The notes: generated from the sequence alone by a model not told the origin. Counted from the first letter of the stretch, positions 25,699 to 39,586 are shown. The stretch: DNA of 64,000 nt from Octopus sinensis (GCF_006345805.1 NC_043020.1:27652001-27716000), one strand, 5' to 3'. A program made the numbers and translations.

Positions 25699-26614
25699 AA
25701 TATTTAAAAAATGAAGCAGAAAGTCTTAGTCGGTGCGTTATATATTTATTGCCGATGTTGGTGTGCTTCCAAATAACTAGAGAAGAATTATTATTTCGTA
25801 AATTTCTCATTTTATTTTCATACATGTGTTTATTTCTACCGTCCGTAAAAAAGTTGTTTAGTTTCGATTTACCTTTTTTTTTCTTTGAGTGTCATTTTAT
25901 AGGAGAGATAAGATGATCTTCATGTCTTCTACGATTGCCATTTCGACTACAATTAAATATCGGGTTGCTAATTGCTTCAACTTCGAAAAGAAAACAAAAA
26001 TGAATGTTTGAACTTTATAAATGGATAACTGTGACATTTTATATGCACTTATTTCGCGTCATCATATCAAGCAATCTACTTCAGTTACGTGTTATTCTTA
26101 GAATCCTAGTTTCGGATCATACTGCTACATGCACTAAAATATAACTCTTATTTCTATATTCTGCAAATATCCATCTTCTCTGCCCACTCTTTCTACGGAG
26201 GTCGTGGGCATCAAAATCTTCAGGCATCTTCTCCATAGAATCCTCTTAGAAGCAACTGTCATTATACATTCCAACTGGATTATCAAGCACGACCAATCGA
26301 AACTATGGACAGTATCCAACCATTTCGTTCCAGGTCTACTCCTAGGTCTCCTACATGTTGACTCGGCTTGAAGGAAGAATTCGTCTTATGATTCTTCCCT
26401 GTCACATTCTTGTCACATGTCCATCGTTCCGGACCTCTCCATGCGGAGAGGTAGCGCGGTTCAAAATGGAGAGGCATCTTGATATTCGAGTTACGTACCC
26501 TCCGTCCCCCCTCGGGACCGTTACTTTAGAAATCTTTCAGAAGGATGCCATTCCAGCCTTTTGTATTCGCGATCGTAATCTTTATTGAATTTTTCTGTTA
26601 TACATTAAATACAT

Positions 26615-26791
<177 letters not shown>

Positions 26792-27270
26792 GAAAAGCTG
26801 AAATGCGAAACGTTTGTGTTTCATTTTGGAATTGGAACGGGTTTAAGGGGCACTAGATGGGGTCGGATTTGCTCCGACATATCCGAGTGTATGTGCATGT
26901 ATGCGTAGACATATATATGTAAATATGTGTGTTTGTATGTATATGTACACGCATGTGTGAGTATACATACAGATATATTTATACATACATGTGTGCGTGT
27001 CTACGTACATGTATGTGTGTGTATATGTATGCATATGCGGATTCTATGAACGAAGTATTACTTTCACCATGCCTATTGGAGTAATTTCCCTTTATTTTTT
27101 CCATAGACTTTTGTCTTAATATAACTGATGAAATGCCGGAGCAGTTTTCAACCCCGGGATCCGGAACTGAGTTTTATTATGGCAACCAACTAATTTTCAC
27201 ATATTATATTTATAGATAGATTCTTATATTTTACATACTATCGAGGCCTCATTCATTCTTTTATTCTATA

Positions 27271-27386
<116 letters not shown>

Positions 27387-27396
27387 ATATATAATG

Positions 27397-27445
<49 letters not shown>

Positions 27446-28787
27446 ATATATGTGTATATATATATATGTATATATATGTATGCATAAGTATATATATATG
27501 CATATATAATATATATATATAATATATACATATGATATACACATAATATATATATATATATATATATACATACATACATATATATACAAATGTCGTTATG
27601 TATATATACTATTCACCAATATGTAGGCCGTATTACATATAACATTAATCATCTTCATATACCACAAACACACGTCTGTTACGTTGAACTGTTGTTTATT
27701 TTTGCCTTTGTATCGCATGTTTTTATTGTTCGAATCCCAATATTCTTGTTGTTAATTTGAATAACAAATTAATCTTAATCATACGTACCAGCTGGTCTTC
27801 AGAATTTCGATTAAAATAATTGATGAGTATGAATAATTATACGTATATTAGGTTATTGCAATTATCTCACTTTCGAAGTTGTATAGTGGTTTGCTCTTTA
27901 CAAAATAGAACTCCCCCTTCCTTCACTTCAATCGTGATCAATGAAGCAGGGATGTGATATAAACTATGTGTGAACCGGCTCTTTCGGAATTTCTATGGTA
28001 GCTAAAGAAACGTATTTAGGCCTATTAGGACTTCCTAACGAATTTTAGACTAAAAAGATTTACCAGAACTTTCGCATAGATGACTGAGAGATTAAAGATT
28101 TGGGGGGAATAACATCGAATGATTAGTGAATTTTATGACTGGGAGGCGAAGAGATTTTAGTTCGTCCCGTAAAAATGTTCTTTTATGTAGATTAGTAAAA
28201 AGAGGAAAATATATCACCCAAGTTTTCATAAGGTGACGGGAAGGATATGATATCCACAGACCTGAGGGCTGCATATCTGCAACGTAGTGGACCCTTTACA
28301 GTCAACTGAAAAGCTGAACAGATAAATTAAGTGACAATATAAAGAAGTATGTAGATCGATGGATAAAATATTGTAAATTTTGTAAAGTACGGAATTTGTA
28401 TTTTGTCATGTTTATATAAATAAAAACAAGTTAATAATTTTCTCTAAGAAAACCATAAAATTATTTATTAATAATGCTACACATTTTTTTTTCTTTTAAA
28501 ATTACAGATTGACCAGCCCACAAAAAACAAAATAACTTCAAGTCTTGAAAATTTTCTGCTATAATACTACCCAATCGACAAAACTTACCGAGAATATATT
28601 TTCTATTATCTGAATGTCGTGATGTTGCACGCAGTCACCCGTCATTTTATGGTTCAAATCTTTTGAGACAATTACGGAATGTATGATATTGATAGTGTAT
28701 GAGATTTTGTTGTGTATAAGCCTTACTGAAGGAGAAGCGAAAAAACTTAAAAAAACTCCGAGAATACAGTTTAAACGCGCAGAGAAA

Positions 28788-30266
28788 ATGTCGAAGTTGA
28801 ACGAATTTATCAGCCATTATGGTTCATGTCGATGGCGGCTGTGCTTTGCCAGCTTTTTCGCTTTGCTTCTCATGCAGACTTTACGTGTAGACCTTAGTAT
28901 GTCGTTAGTTTGCATGTTAAAAACACCCAATCGTACAATTGATGAAGTCGACCTTACTCGAAATAACGAACACTGTTCTCGTTTAGACAATCGTACATCA
29001 AATGGAGAGGATTTTGAAGGAGAGTTCGAATGGAGCAACATTCTGCAATCAAACATGCTGGCTGGATACTTTTATGGATACATTATTACTAACCTTCTTG
29101 GCGGTGTATTAGCTGACAAATATGGTGGAAAGAGAGTTATGGGGGCTTCCATATTCTCAGCTTCCCTCCTGGCCATTCTTCACCCAAGTCTAACACGAAT
29201 AAGTGGTTATTTTACTCTTGTATTAAGGATTCTTACAGGGTTGGTCTCAGGTCCCATGTGCCCTTGTGTCCAATCCTTATGGGGGAGGTGGGCTCCACCT
29301 AGTGAAAGTAGTATTTTGATAGGGTTTTCAATGGGAGGTTTAGTAGTCGGGAGCGTTGTAGGACTGTCAACGTCCGGTTTCCTTTGCGTTTATGGCTTTG
29401 ATAATGGATGGGGTTCTATATTTTATGTATTTGGTGGATTATCGATGGTGTTTAGCTTTGTGTGGATTTATGTTGTTTATGATAATCCAAACGTCCATCC
29501 TACTATCAGCGAAAAAGAACGTTCCTACTTAAACAAAACAATAACATGTAAAAGTAAAGTTAAGAACGTGCCTTGGAAAAGCATCATGACTTCTACAGCC
29601 GTTTGGGCCATCATTATGGCGCATACATTTATCAACTGGACTACTTTTTCTTTTCAAGTGATTCTGCCTTTGTATATGAAAGAAGCGTTAAATATTGATA
29701 CGAAATCAAACGGTTTAATGTCTTCAGCTCCGTTTATTGGACAAATGATTGCTATACCATTTTGTGGAAGATTCGCAGACTTCTTGCGTTCAAACAATTA
29801 TCTTTCAACACGATCCGTTCGAGTTCTTTTCCAGTCAGTTTCTTACATTGGTTCAGCGTCTCTGATTATCGTAATCGGATTCCTTAATTGCAACCACACG
29901 ACATTGGCCGGAATTCTTTTCTTTTTCACCGGTGCCAGCCTAACTTTCTATGTTGGGGGCTTCATTGTGAATCATGTTGACATCGCTCCTAAATACGCTG
30001 GTATATTGTACGGAATTACAAATACTTTCGGGGCGTTGCCTGGCTTTCTGGCTCCTTTAACCACAAGAGCATTGACACCGAATGGAACACGGCAAGAATG
30101 GCAGATAGCTTTATCATTGTGTGCCATATTTTCTGTGTGTGGGACAATAATTTATGCGATTTTTGCGCGTGGGGATGTACAAGATTGGGCTAAATCTGAT
30201 GAAAAATCGATTAAAAATTCTTCAAACGAGGAAGAAACTATAAATCTAAAGGAGGTGATACAATAA
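28788..30266 (+). CDS. SLC17A5-like: SLC17/sialin-like transporter, copy 4 (492 aa from the conserved Met)
   Basis: ORF 28683-30266. Start placed at MSKLNEF by alignment with the paralogs. Confidence 0.93.
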   Translation: MSKLNEFISHYGSCRWRLCFASFFALLLMQTLRVDLSMSLVCMLKTPNRTIDEVDLTRNNEHCSRLDNRTSNGEDFEGEFEWSNILQSNMLAGYFYGYIITNLLGGVLADKYGGKRVMGASIFSASLLAILHPSLTRISGYFTLVLRILTGLVSGPMCPCVQSLWGRWAPPSESSILIGFSMGGLVVGSVVGLSTSGFLCVYGFDNGWGSIFYVFGGLSMVFSFVWIYVVYDNPNVHPTISEKERSYLNKTITCKSKVKNVPWKSIMTSTAVWAIIMAHTFINWTTFSFQVILPLYMKEALNIDTKSNGLMSSAPFIGQMIAIPFCGRFADFLRSNNYLSTRSVRVLFQSVSYIGSASLIIVIGFLNCNHTTLAGILFFFTGASLTFYVGGFIVNHVDIAPKYAGILYGITNTFGALPGFLAPLTTRALTPNGTRQEWQIALSLCAIFSVCGTIIYAIFARGDVQDWAKSDEKSIKNSSNEEETINLKEVIQ

Positions 30267-30379
30267 TATTTGTCATGTTTCCGTTAATAAGAAACAACAA
30301 TTCTTTGAGGGTTTCAAGGATTTTAGTATAACTATTGGTGTGGTTTTTATTAAAGGAATAATTTCTTTTATTTTTGCTA

Positions 30380-30745
30380 CAGGCACAAAGCCTGAAATTT
30401 TGGGTTAAGGGGCTAGTCGATATTGCCTAGTCTTCAACTGGTACTTATTTTATCGATCCTGAAATGAAATAAAAATGGGAAGTCGACCTCAGCGGAGTTG
30501 AAACTCCAAATATACGAAGTTGTAATAATAATAATGGGTTTCAAAGTTTGGCACAAGACCAGCGGTTTTTGGGGAGGGGGTTAGTCGATTACATTGACCC
30601 CAGTGTTCAACTGGTACTTATTTTATCAACCCCGGAAAGAGGAAAAGCAAACACGAATTCGGCCGAATTTGAACTCTGAACGTAAAGACAGACGAAAGGT
30701 CGCTAATAATTTTGCCTGGAGTGCTAACTATTCTACCAGCACGCA
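30380..30745 (-). mobile_element. Two SINE family B copies, antisense, just 3' of copy 4
   Basis: Reverse complement of the core (ctggtacttattttatcga..gaatttgaactc). Confidence 0.75.
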
Positions 30746-30789
30746 ATGATAGTAATATCCGAATCTGATTGCAAATTCAAAAGCCTCAT

Positions 30790-31115
30790 TTGAAATTCGT
30801 CATAGGTGGTGGCCACATCTATCTCCATAGAGGCTGAAAATAACTTTTTCATCAAGAGCAAGGAATCCTTGATGTCATCAAAACGGCATTCAAATTCGTC
30901 AGTCAAGTCAATAATGAATCTTTTGTACTTATTGTATGGTCCGTTGTCCTTGTATTTAGAAATTGAGGGGAAATGGGTCGCAGTGCCACGTGCAATTTAG
31001 TCTTCTAAAGGCGAAACTTTGCAATGAAAACATTATGGCGTTTGGAAGACACTGCTGTACAATTCATAGCAGAGCTTGTCCTCACCTTTTAGGGCACATT
31101 TCGAAGTCAAATGTT
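30790..31115 (-). mobile_element. hAT (Charlie/SPIN-like) transposase relic
   Basis: Minus strand LKGEDKLCYELYSSV..KFRL..HFP..IIDLTDEFECRFDDIK. Confidence 0.6.
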
Positions 31116-33523
31116 GCCGTTTGCCTTCATCTCCGTCTCCTTCACCATACATGTTTCACTGGTCCCAAGAAAACATATCCTGGGCGGCGAGTGTCATTGT
31201 CCTTTTTGTTCTGTTGTTTGGAGGCTTTCAGTTGCTCTGTTAGCTGCTGCATATGGTGTTACAGTTGCTTTCACTGTTGTCGCCACACTCTGCCGCCAGC
31301 ATCGCTCCTGATCACCTTGATCGTTGTTGCCGCTGTGATGGCGGCGTTCGCAGAAGCGGGAAGTCTTTATTCTTTCTATTGTTGTGGGCAGAATGCATTG
31401 AAGCGATTTCTGTCGCTCCCAAAGTGACACCGACTTTCTTCCTTCAACGGTCACATAGTTGTGAGCCGAATGGCAGATTTAATCCAAGATCGATTCCATG
31501 CTTTGGTAAACCTGTTTACATTAAGAACAGAATACTACATCCAGGACGTGTAAGTGATTCGAACGCACATCACATATATTTGATTTTACAATGTTTTTAA
31601 ATTCATACAAGAGCATGCTTATGTATATCTGTAACAAATTCGATTTCTACGTGATTTTTCGCGACTAATTAAGCCCTTCGATAATCAAATTTTCCAGTTA
31701 AAACTTCTCTTTTGTCAGTTTTTATTTCGTGTTGAAAGGTTTTGTAATATCCGTCGTCAAACTATCGGTTTCAAGATTTGAACCAGGATCGACAAATCTA
31801 TTTGAATTATAGGACAAAAAAATAATTTACTCCTAAAATGTAATGAAGCGAAAATGACTTATTCTTATAAAAGAGACAAAGGTGGCAGGCTGGCATCGGA
31901 CAAAATGCTTAGTTGACGTTTTATCAGGCTCTTTACTTTCTGAGTATATATTCCGTTGAGATCGACCTTGCGTTTCATCCTTCGGGGTCAATAAATTAAA
32001 ATACCAGTTAATCACCGCGGGCAGTTAATCGACTTACCACTCCGCTAAAATTTCTGGTCTTGTGCCAACATTTAAAGCCTTTATAGAAGAGACAACAGAG
32101 ACAATTCTTCGCTGCTTTTTTCTGCAAACAGCTGAATGCTGTCTCTTAAATCTATCCATTATTACATCACAAAACTCATCAACCCTGTCAAATACTTTAA
32201 AAAAAAAACATCCATATATCGATTAACATACACTCACTCTCCCTTTCTCTCGCATGCATAAACGCATATCCTCTTTGCTTTAAATCAAATGTTTTTGCGC
32301 TTTATAGTTTTCTAACACAGAACATTATCATATAACACAACATGAGCAGCTGTGATCAATATATAACACAGGCTGGCGTATGTGTTACATTGACAATTTA
32401 AAAAAGATATTTGCTTGAATCTCATTTTTTTATGGTTTATAACACTTTACTTTAATCATGAATCTCAATGATAACAAAAAAAAACAATATCATTTTATAG
32501 ATCTTTACAACTCCAGGTGATAGAGTTTAAAAAAATGAACAAATTGTGTATATAAATACTAATGTTGCAGTAATCTCGCTGAAGAAGATACTCAAGTTTA
32601 TTCTTTATAAAATGGTGACAGACTCACTTCGTCACGATCAAGCAGAGACGTGATATAACTATGCAGTGGTGCGTGAATCTCATCTTTGGAAAGTACGGTG
32701 ATAAATCGAAGTTTCGGTCTTATTCGGCCTTTTCAGCAAAGCATATTCTTACAAGATTTACCAGAACCCAGATATCTGAATGAAGATTTTCAGTGTAAAA
32801 TATTGAATTATAGGACAAAATAATAATTTACTACTAAAATGTAATGAAGCGAAAATGACTTATTCTTATAAAAGAGACAAAAGTGGCGTGCTGGCATCGG
32901 AAAAAATGCTGGGAACAAACTTTAGTAAAAATGTTTTCCTTTTCATGCCTCAGTCACTAGAGGAAAGAAAGCCGCTTGAATTTTATTTTGTGAAAATTTT
33001 ATTCTGTGATAAAGAAAAAAAAATTGATGGCATCCTCTAAGCTGAAACTCATTCCGTGTGTGTGCAACAGAGTGGACTCTGCTTAGGCCATTCAAATGTC
33101 CAAAAACATTTTCTTAATTTTTCCCCAAACGCCCGTGCTTGTTTTCAGTTTTACTCTTTGCTTCGTCCGTTTTGAGAAGTATAAAGATTTCCTTCCATAA
33201 ATCCCAAGATCCTCTGGTGCTTCAAAAAAAAATTTGTAAATGTGTAAAATACTCGGTCCATTTGGAAATATGAGCTGCATATCACGTGTGATGCACAAGG
33301 CAGGCAAAAAACTAAAGAAAGCAGCAGAAATCAATGTTATGAAGCAACTTTATTTGCAATAACTTAATTTAACTTAAAAGTTATGAAGTAACATAAATTG
33401 ATAGACTGTGGTAGTGGTTCCCATCTTGGAGTCTGCGGACACCTGGTGGTCTGCAAAGGTAGTACTGGGCTCCGTGAACTAAATTCAAAATTACGTATAC
33501 ATACATGCATACATACATGTACG

Positions 33524-33555
<32 letters not shown>

Positions 33556-33559
33556 GATA

Positions 33560-33590
<31 letters not shown>

Positions 33591-33623
33591 GTATGCATAT
33601 ATGTATGTATATATATATATATA

Positions 33624-33686
<63 letters not shown>

Positions 33687-33802
33687 CTTATAAACAAGGG
33701 CAAAAGAAAAAAATTCTAATGCCAAATATGCCGAAAATAGACAAATTGTCAATAACCATACAATTTATCACTACTGGCTATTGACAATTTGTCTATTTTC
33801 GG

Positions 33803-34016
33803 CATATTTGGCATTTATTTATTTTATTTTATTTTATTTTATCTAGTTTCAGCTCACGAGCTGTGGCCATGCTGGGGCATAGAATTTTTTTCTTTTGCCC
33901 GTGTTTATTAAGTTGTTTATAAATTTAACCATTAAAGGTATCTTTTAATATGCTTGCCATTGATAAAATTTTTTTCGAAAAATGTTATCCTATATCATAC
34001 ATACATATATATATAT

Positions 34017-34115
<99 letters not shown>

Positions 34116-34331
34116 ATATATATATATGTGTGTGTGTGTGTATGATATAGGATAACATTTTCGAAAAAAAATTTATCAATGGCAAGCATATTAAAAGATA
34201 CCTTTAATGGTTAAATTTATAAACAACTTAATAAACACGGGCAAAAGAAAAAAATTCTATGCCCCAGCATGGCCACAGCACGTGAGCTGAAACTAGATAT
34301 AATAAAATAAAATAAATAAAATAAATAAATG

Positions 34332-34337
<6 letters not shown>
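33803..34337. repeat. Near-perfect inverted repeat with arms of about 200 bp around a (TA)n spacer
   Basis: 33803-34000 is the reverse complement of 34139-34337. Confidence 0.9.
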
Positions 34338-34382
<45 letters not shown>

Positions 34383-34657
34383 CAACATGGACAAAAGAAT
34401 GTTTTTGAATTAAACTTTTGGTTAACCGTGTAAAAGATCCTGTTTAAAGCTTAAAGTAAAAATTTGAAAAATTTATTCATTGATCAAAACTGTATTCACT
34501 GTAGAGTCTGCTTTGATATACTACATGTGGTTGTAAAAGAGAGATAGGCATTCGACTTTACTGTGTAATTCTACGAGTGTGTGTATATATATTGCTGTAC
34601 GAAGTCGCTGCTCGTATACGTATGTGTAGGTACTCGTAAATATAGGCTATGGCATAT

Positions 34658-34724
34658 CGTTGCTGATGAGAGCAGTAAGTAATTTTTTTTTTTACTTTAA
34701 GCTTGAAACAGGATCTTGTACACG
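34658..34724 (+). ncRNA. Type I hammerhead ribozyme
   Basis: cguug-CUGAUGA-GAGC-aguaa..uuacu..GCUU-GAAA-CAGGAUCUUG-UA-cacg. Confidence 0.78.
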
Positions 34725-35015
34725 GTTAAACGAAAGTTTCATTCAGTATCTTTCTTTTGCCGGATTACAGCCCGTGTTTTATTTTTCGGATTTTTTTTTT
34801 GAGGTGGTATTAGCGTCTTTTGGCGTTTATTTTTTTAGCACGTGGAGAGGCTTATAGCCAATCTCTTGTTATAATTATGTATATAATCATTAAAATATTT
34901 GCAAAATTTACCTATAATGTTTTTATTTCCGCGCTGACCCCCCTGGTAAAATCATTAATGATTTTTGTCCCTTATTATATATAATATATATATAATATAT
35001 ATACATATATATATA

Positions 35016-35056
<41 letters not shown>

Positions 35057-35170
35057 TATAATATATATACGTATATACACATATATATATATATATACTT
35101 ACATACATGCATACATACATGCATATATACATACACACATACATACAAACATACATACATACATATATAT

Positions 35171-35257
<87 letters not shown>

Positions 35258-35489
35258 TATATACATATATATATATATACACATAAGAATAAGCAATAAT
35301 AAATGGTGTCCTTGGGAAAACTAATTTAAATATAAGGATTGGGAATCACTGTGAAAAGTTTGGGGACCACTGGTCTATGGTATTAATGTAAAATATTTGT
35401 ACTTTGCCATACTCCGTACTTTCCTGAATAAAATGATCTTTACTTTTTCCTACGACCGCAGTGTGATTCGATGATTTCTTTATAGTTTT

Positions 35490-35509
35490 ATATTTTCTTT
35501 CTATTTCAG
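35490..35509 (+). promoter_or_regulatory. Candidate 3' splice acceptor upstream of copy 5
   Basis: ttttctttctatttcag|g, conserved upstream of copy 6 (43929). Similar acceptors end at 9290, 14537, 21505, 28507 and 60775. Confidence 0.5.
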
Positions 35510-35751
35510 GTTGATGAATAAAAACTCAAAATGGAATCTTGGTGAAGGAATTTTTTCCGATGCAATGTCTTCTCATCACCAAACACAGCCAGCAGTATAT
35601 TATAAATATTAATCTGAATCGTTGAATGGTTCCAATTGTTCATCGCAAGTACGGAAAATAAATATTGGTTAGTGTAGAACATCTTGCCGTTCCTCAAACT
35701 CACTGAGCCAACAATGGGAAAAACAGATTAGAATAGAACCTGTCAAAGAAA

Positions 35752-37233
35752 ATGTCGAAGTTGAACGAATTTATCAGCCATTATTGTTCATGTCGATGGC
35801 GGCTGTGCTATGTCAGCTTTTTCGCTTTGCTTCTCATGCAGACTTTACGTGTAGACCTTAGTATGTCGTTAGTTTGCATGTTAAAAACACCCAATCGTAC
35901 AATTGATGAAGTCAACCTTACTCGAAATAACGAACACTGTTCTCGTTCAGACAATCGCACATCAAATGGAGAGGATTTTGAAGGAGAGTTCGAATGGAGC
36001 AACATTCTGCAATCAAACATGCTGGCTGGATACTTTTATGGATACACAATTACTAACCTTCTTGGCGGTGTATTAGCTGACAAATATGGTGGAAAGAGAG
36101 TTATGGGGGCTTCCATATTCTCAGCTTCCCTCCTGGCCATTCTTCACCCAAGTCTAACACGAATAAGTGGTTATTTCACTCTTGTATTGAGGATACTTAC
36201 AGGTCTGGTCTCAGCACCCATGCTACCCGCTGTCCAGTCCCTATGGGGGAGGTGGGCCCCACCAAGAGAAAGTAGTGTTTTGATAGGGATTACAATTGCC
36301 GGTCAAACAGTCGGTAGTATTGTCGGTCTGTCAGCTTCCGGTTTCCTTTGTGTTTATGGCTTTGATAATGGATGGGGTTCTATATTTTATATATTTGGTG
36401 GATTATCGTTGGTGTTTAGCTTTGTGTGGATTTATGTTGTTTATGATAATCCAAACGTCCATCCAACTATCAGCGAAAAAGAACGTTCCTACTTAAACAA
36501 AACAATAACATGTAAAAGTAAAGTGAAGAACGTGCCTTGGAAAAGCATCATGTCTTCTACAGCCGTTTGGGCCATCATTATGGGGCATACACTTATTAGC
36601 TGGACCGCTATTTCTTTTCAAGTGACTCTGCCTTTGTATATGAAAGAAGCGTTAAATATTGATACGAAATCAAACGGTTTAATGTCTTCAGCTCCGTTTA
36701 TTGGGCAAATGATCGCCATACCATTTTGTGGAAGGTTTGCAGACTTCTTGCGTTCAAACAATTATCTTTCAACACGATCCGTTCGAGTTCTTTTCCAGTC
36801 AGTTTCTTACATTGGTTCAGCGTCTCTGATTATCGTAATCGGATTCCTTAATTGCAACCAAACAACATTGGCCGGAATTCTTTTCTTTTTCGCCGGTGCC
36901 AGCCTAACTTTCTATGTTGGGGGTTTCGTTGTGAATCATGTTGACATTGCTCCTAAATACGCTGGTATATTGTTCGGAATTACAAATACCTTCGCATCGT
37001 TACCTGCCTTTCTGGCTCCTTTAACCACAAAATCACTAACACCAAACGGAACACGACAAGAATGGCAGATAGCTTTATCATTGTGTGCCATATCGTCTGT
37101 GTGTGGGACAATATTCTATGCAATATTCGCGAGAGGGGATGTACAAGATTGGGCTAAATCTGATGAAATATCGATTAAAAATTCTTCAAACGAGGAAGAA
37201 ACTATAAAACTAAATGAGGAAAAGCAAAGATAG
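35752..37233 (+). CDS. SLC17A5-like: SLC17/sialin-like transporter, copy 5 (493 aa)
   Basis: Full ORF with SLC17 motifs. Confidence 0.95.
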   Translation: MSKLNEFISHYCSCRWRLCYVSFFALLLMQTLRVDLSMSLVCMLKTPNRTIDEVNLTRNNEHCSRSDNRTSNGEDFEGEFEWSNILQSNMLAGYFYGYTITNLLGGVLADKYGGKRVMGASIFSASLLAILHPSLTRISGYFTLVLRILTGLVSAPMLPAVQSLWGRWAPPRESSVLIGITIAGQTVGSIVGLSASGFLCVYGFDNGWGSIFYIFGGLSLVFSFVWIYVVYDNPNVHPTISEKERSYLNKTITCKSKVKNVPWKSIMSSTAVWAIIMGHTLISWTAISFQVTLPLYMKEALNIDTKSNGLMSSAPFIGQMIAIPFCGRFADFLRSNNYLSTRSVRVLFQSVSYIGSASLIIVIGFLNCNQTTLAGILFFFAGASLTFYVGGFVVNHVDIAPKYAGILFGITNTFASLPAFLAPLTTKSLTPNGTRQEWQIALSLCAISSVCGTIFYAIFARGDVQDWAKSDEISIKNSSNEEETIKLNEEKQR

Positions 37234-37325
37234 TATTTGTCCTGTTTCTGTTAGTAACTAACAAACTTCGAAGAGGTTTTCGCCGTAGGATTTATATCTT
37301 CGAGTTGGCCTTGTTAAAATATTAT

Positions 37326-39080
37326 GAAGGTCGCGAGTTGTAAGAATAGTTAGAGTGCCGGATAACATGCTTAGCGGCATGTAATCTGTCTTTACGTTTT
37401 GAGTTAAAATTTTGCCGAGGTTGCTCTGCCTTTCACATTTTCTGGGTCGATGGAATATGTATCTGCTGAGCACTGATTGGATGTAATCGAACTTTCCCTT
37501 CTCAAGAACTTGCTGGCTTTGTGCCAAATTTGAAATCATCATCATGGCGACGAGCTGGCAGAATCGCTAGAATGCCGGATAAAATGCTTAGCGGCATCGC
37601 GTCCATCGAGTTCGAGAGTTCAAATTCCGCTGGGGACGACTCTGCCTTGCACTCTTTTGGGGAAGAAGAAATAGGTACCAGTTGAGCACCGGGTTCGATG
37701 CAATCCACTTAGTCCTTCCCCAAAATTCTAGACCATGTGCCTATAACAGAAAGGAGGATATTATTAAGGTGGTTAGCTGAGATGTAAGTTAGCACGCCGA
37801 TAAAAATGGCGGCAAGCTAGCAGGATAGTTAGCACGGCGTTAAAAATGGCGGTAAATTGGCAGGATAGTTAGCACGCCGTTAAAATTGGCGGCAAGCTAG
37901 TAGGATAATTAGCACGCCGATAAAAATGCTTAGCAGCGTCTCTTCCGGCTCTTTACATTCTAAGTTCAAATTCCGCTGAGGTTGACTTTGCCTTTCGTCC
38001 TTTCGGGGAACGGTAAAATAAGTAACATTTGACTATTGGGGTCGATGTTATCTTAACATTTCTCCTCCCTCCAATTTTTAGGCCTTGTGCCCTTGTAGAA
38101 CAGATTATTACGAAGGCCTCAAGCTGGCGGAATTTTTAGCATGCTGGGCAAAATACTTAGCGACATTTCGGCCGTCTTTATGTTCCGAGATCAAATACCA
38201 CGGGGATCAGCTTTGCCTTCCATCTTTTCGGGGTCGATGAAATATGCACCAGTTACACACTGGAGTCGATGTAATCGACTTCCCTACCCACAATTTCCGA
38301 TTTTTTGCTTATATTTTAGGTATTTTGCTTATAATGGGAGGGATTATTAGCAAGGCGGCGGGTTGGCAGAGTCGGTAACACTCTGGACCAATACTTAGCA
38401 GTATTTCGTCAGTCTTAACGATCTGAGTTCAAACTCCGCGTTCCGCCAAATTTCAACCCTTATGTCTATTACAGAAAAGTTTAATACCAAGGCCGAATAT
38501 GCCTTTAGCAGTCGACCAAATAAGTACCAGTTAAATATGGAGGGCGATGTACTTGTAACAGAAAGAAAGAAATTTGTTAAGGCGTGGAACTGGTAGAATC
38601 GTTTTCAAGCCAGACAAAAATACTTAATGGTATTTCTTCCGGCTTTTAACATTCTGGGTTCTAATTTCGCCGAGGCCGACTTTGCTTTTTACCGTTTCTG
38701 GGTCGATGAAATAAATACCAGTCGACTTACACGCTCCCTTTAAAAGACTGTTTTTGTGTCAAAATTCAAATTATTATTATTATTATTATTACCTATGCCT
38801 CTCATTCTTTTAGTGTCAGTAAAATTAAACCCCGGTCAAAAACTGTATTTAATGCTATTGATTGTGCTGTTTCTCAGATTTAGAGCGTTTTGCCAATGAG
38901 AGAAATATTAAGGGCGGTGAATTGGCAGCCATTGGAGTGTCGGACAGAAGTCCTTGCGGTTTTTCTTCCAGATCTTTATGCTCTGGGTTCAAATCCTGCC
39001 GATGAGAAATTTGCTTTTTAACCCACTCAGGGTCGATAAAACGAAATATCAGTCAAATACTAATATCGGGGTCATCGATG
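37326..39080 (+). mobile_element. Head-to-tail cluster of about seven diverged SINE family B copies
   Basis: Repeated head, B-box and core. The head is tandemly repeated in units of about 40 bp at 37790-37930. Confidence 0.8.
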
Positions 39081-39425
39081 GGCCCCAACCGCTCAAAGCT
39101 GTTGTCCTTCAGCGCTTTTCATATAATTTGTTTCTATGTTTTTTTTCTTATTTTGTCTTTCAGTTTCATTTTTAATGTGCATTTTCAGAGGACCAAAGAG
39201 CGCAGCTCTGTGTACCTTGGGTACGTGCAAAATTTAATTCGGGATTTGTACTTTCTACTGCATTACAGATACGTAACATATACATTTACAAGGAGATGTA
39301 TGATAGTGACCTCGAAGTTTCAGCCTGGTGGACACAAACACACGCACACCGAAAATCAAGTCATGGAACCATGAAAGAAAGCGATTAAAACCTGTTAAAG
39401 AAAGATTATATTAAGATTAAGGGAT

Positions 39426-39532
<107 letters not shown>

Positions 39533-39586
39533 TTATATATATATATAATATATATATATATGTATTATATATATATATAATAATAT

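Larger units (their letters stand above)
33412..35372. mobile_element. Probable hAT MITE expanded by microsatellites and nested inserts
   Basis: Left end tagtggttcccatcttgg..gtctgcgg; right ends ttgggaatcactg and ttggggaccactg. TSD is not clear. Confidence 0.45.

Noticed and set aside
28683-28787. N-terminal extensions of copy 4 and copy 7 (60695-60826)
   Set aside because: Not conserved between paralogs. The copy 7 extension starts at a non-ATG codon and spans a candidate splice acceptor.
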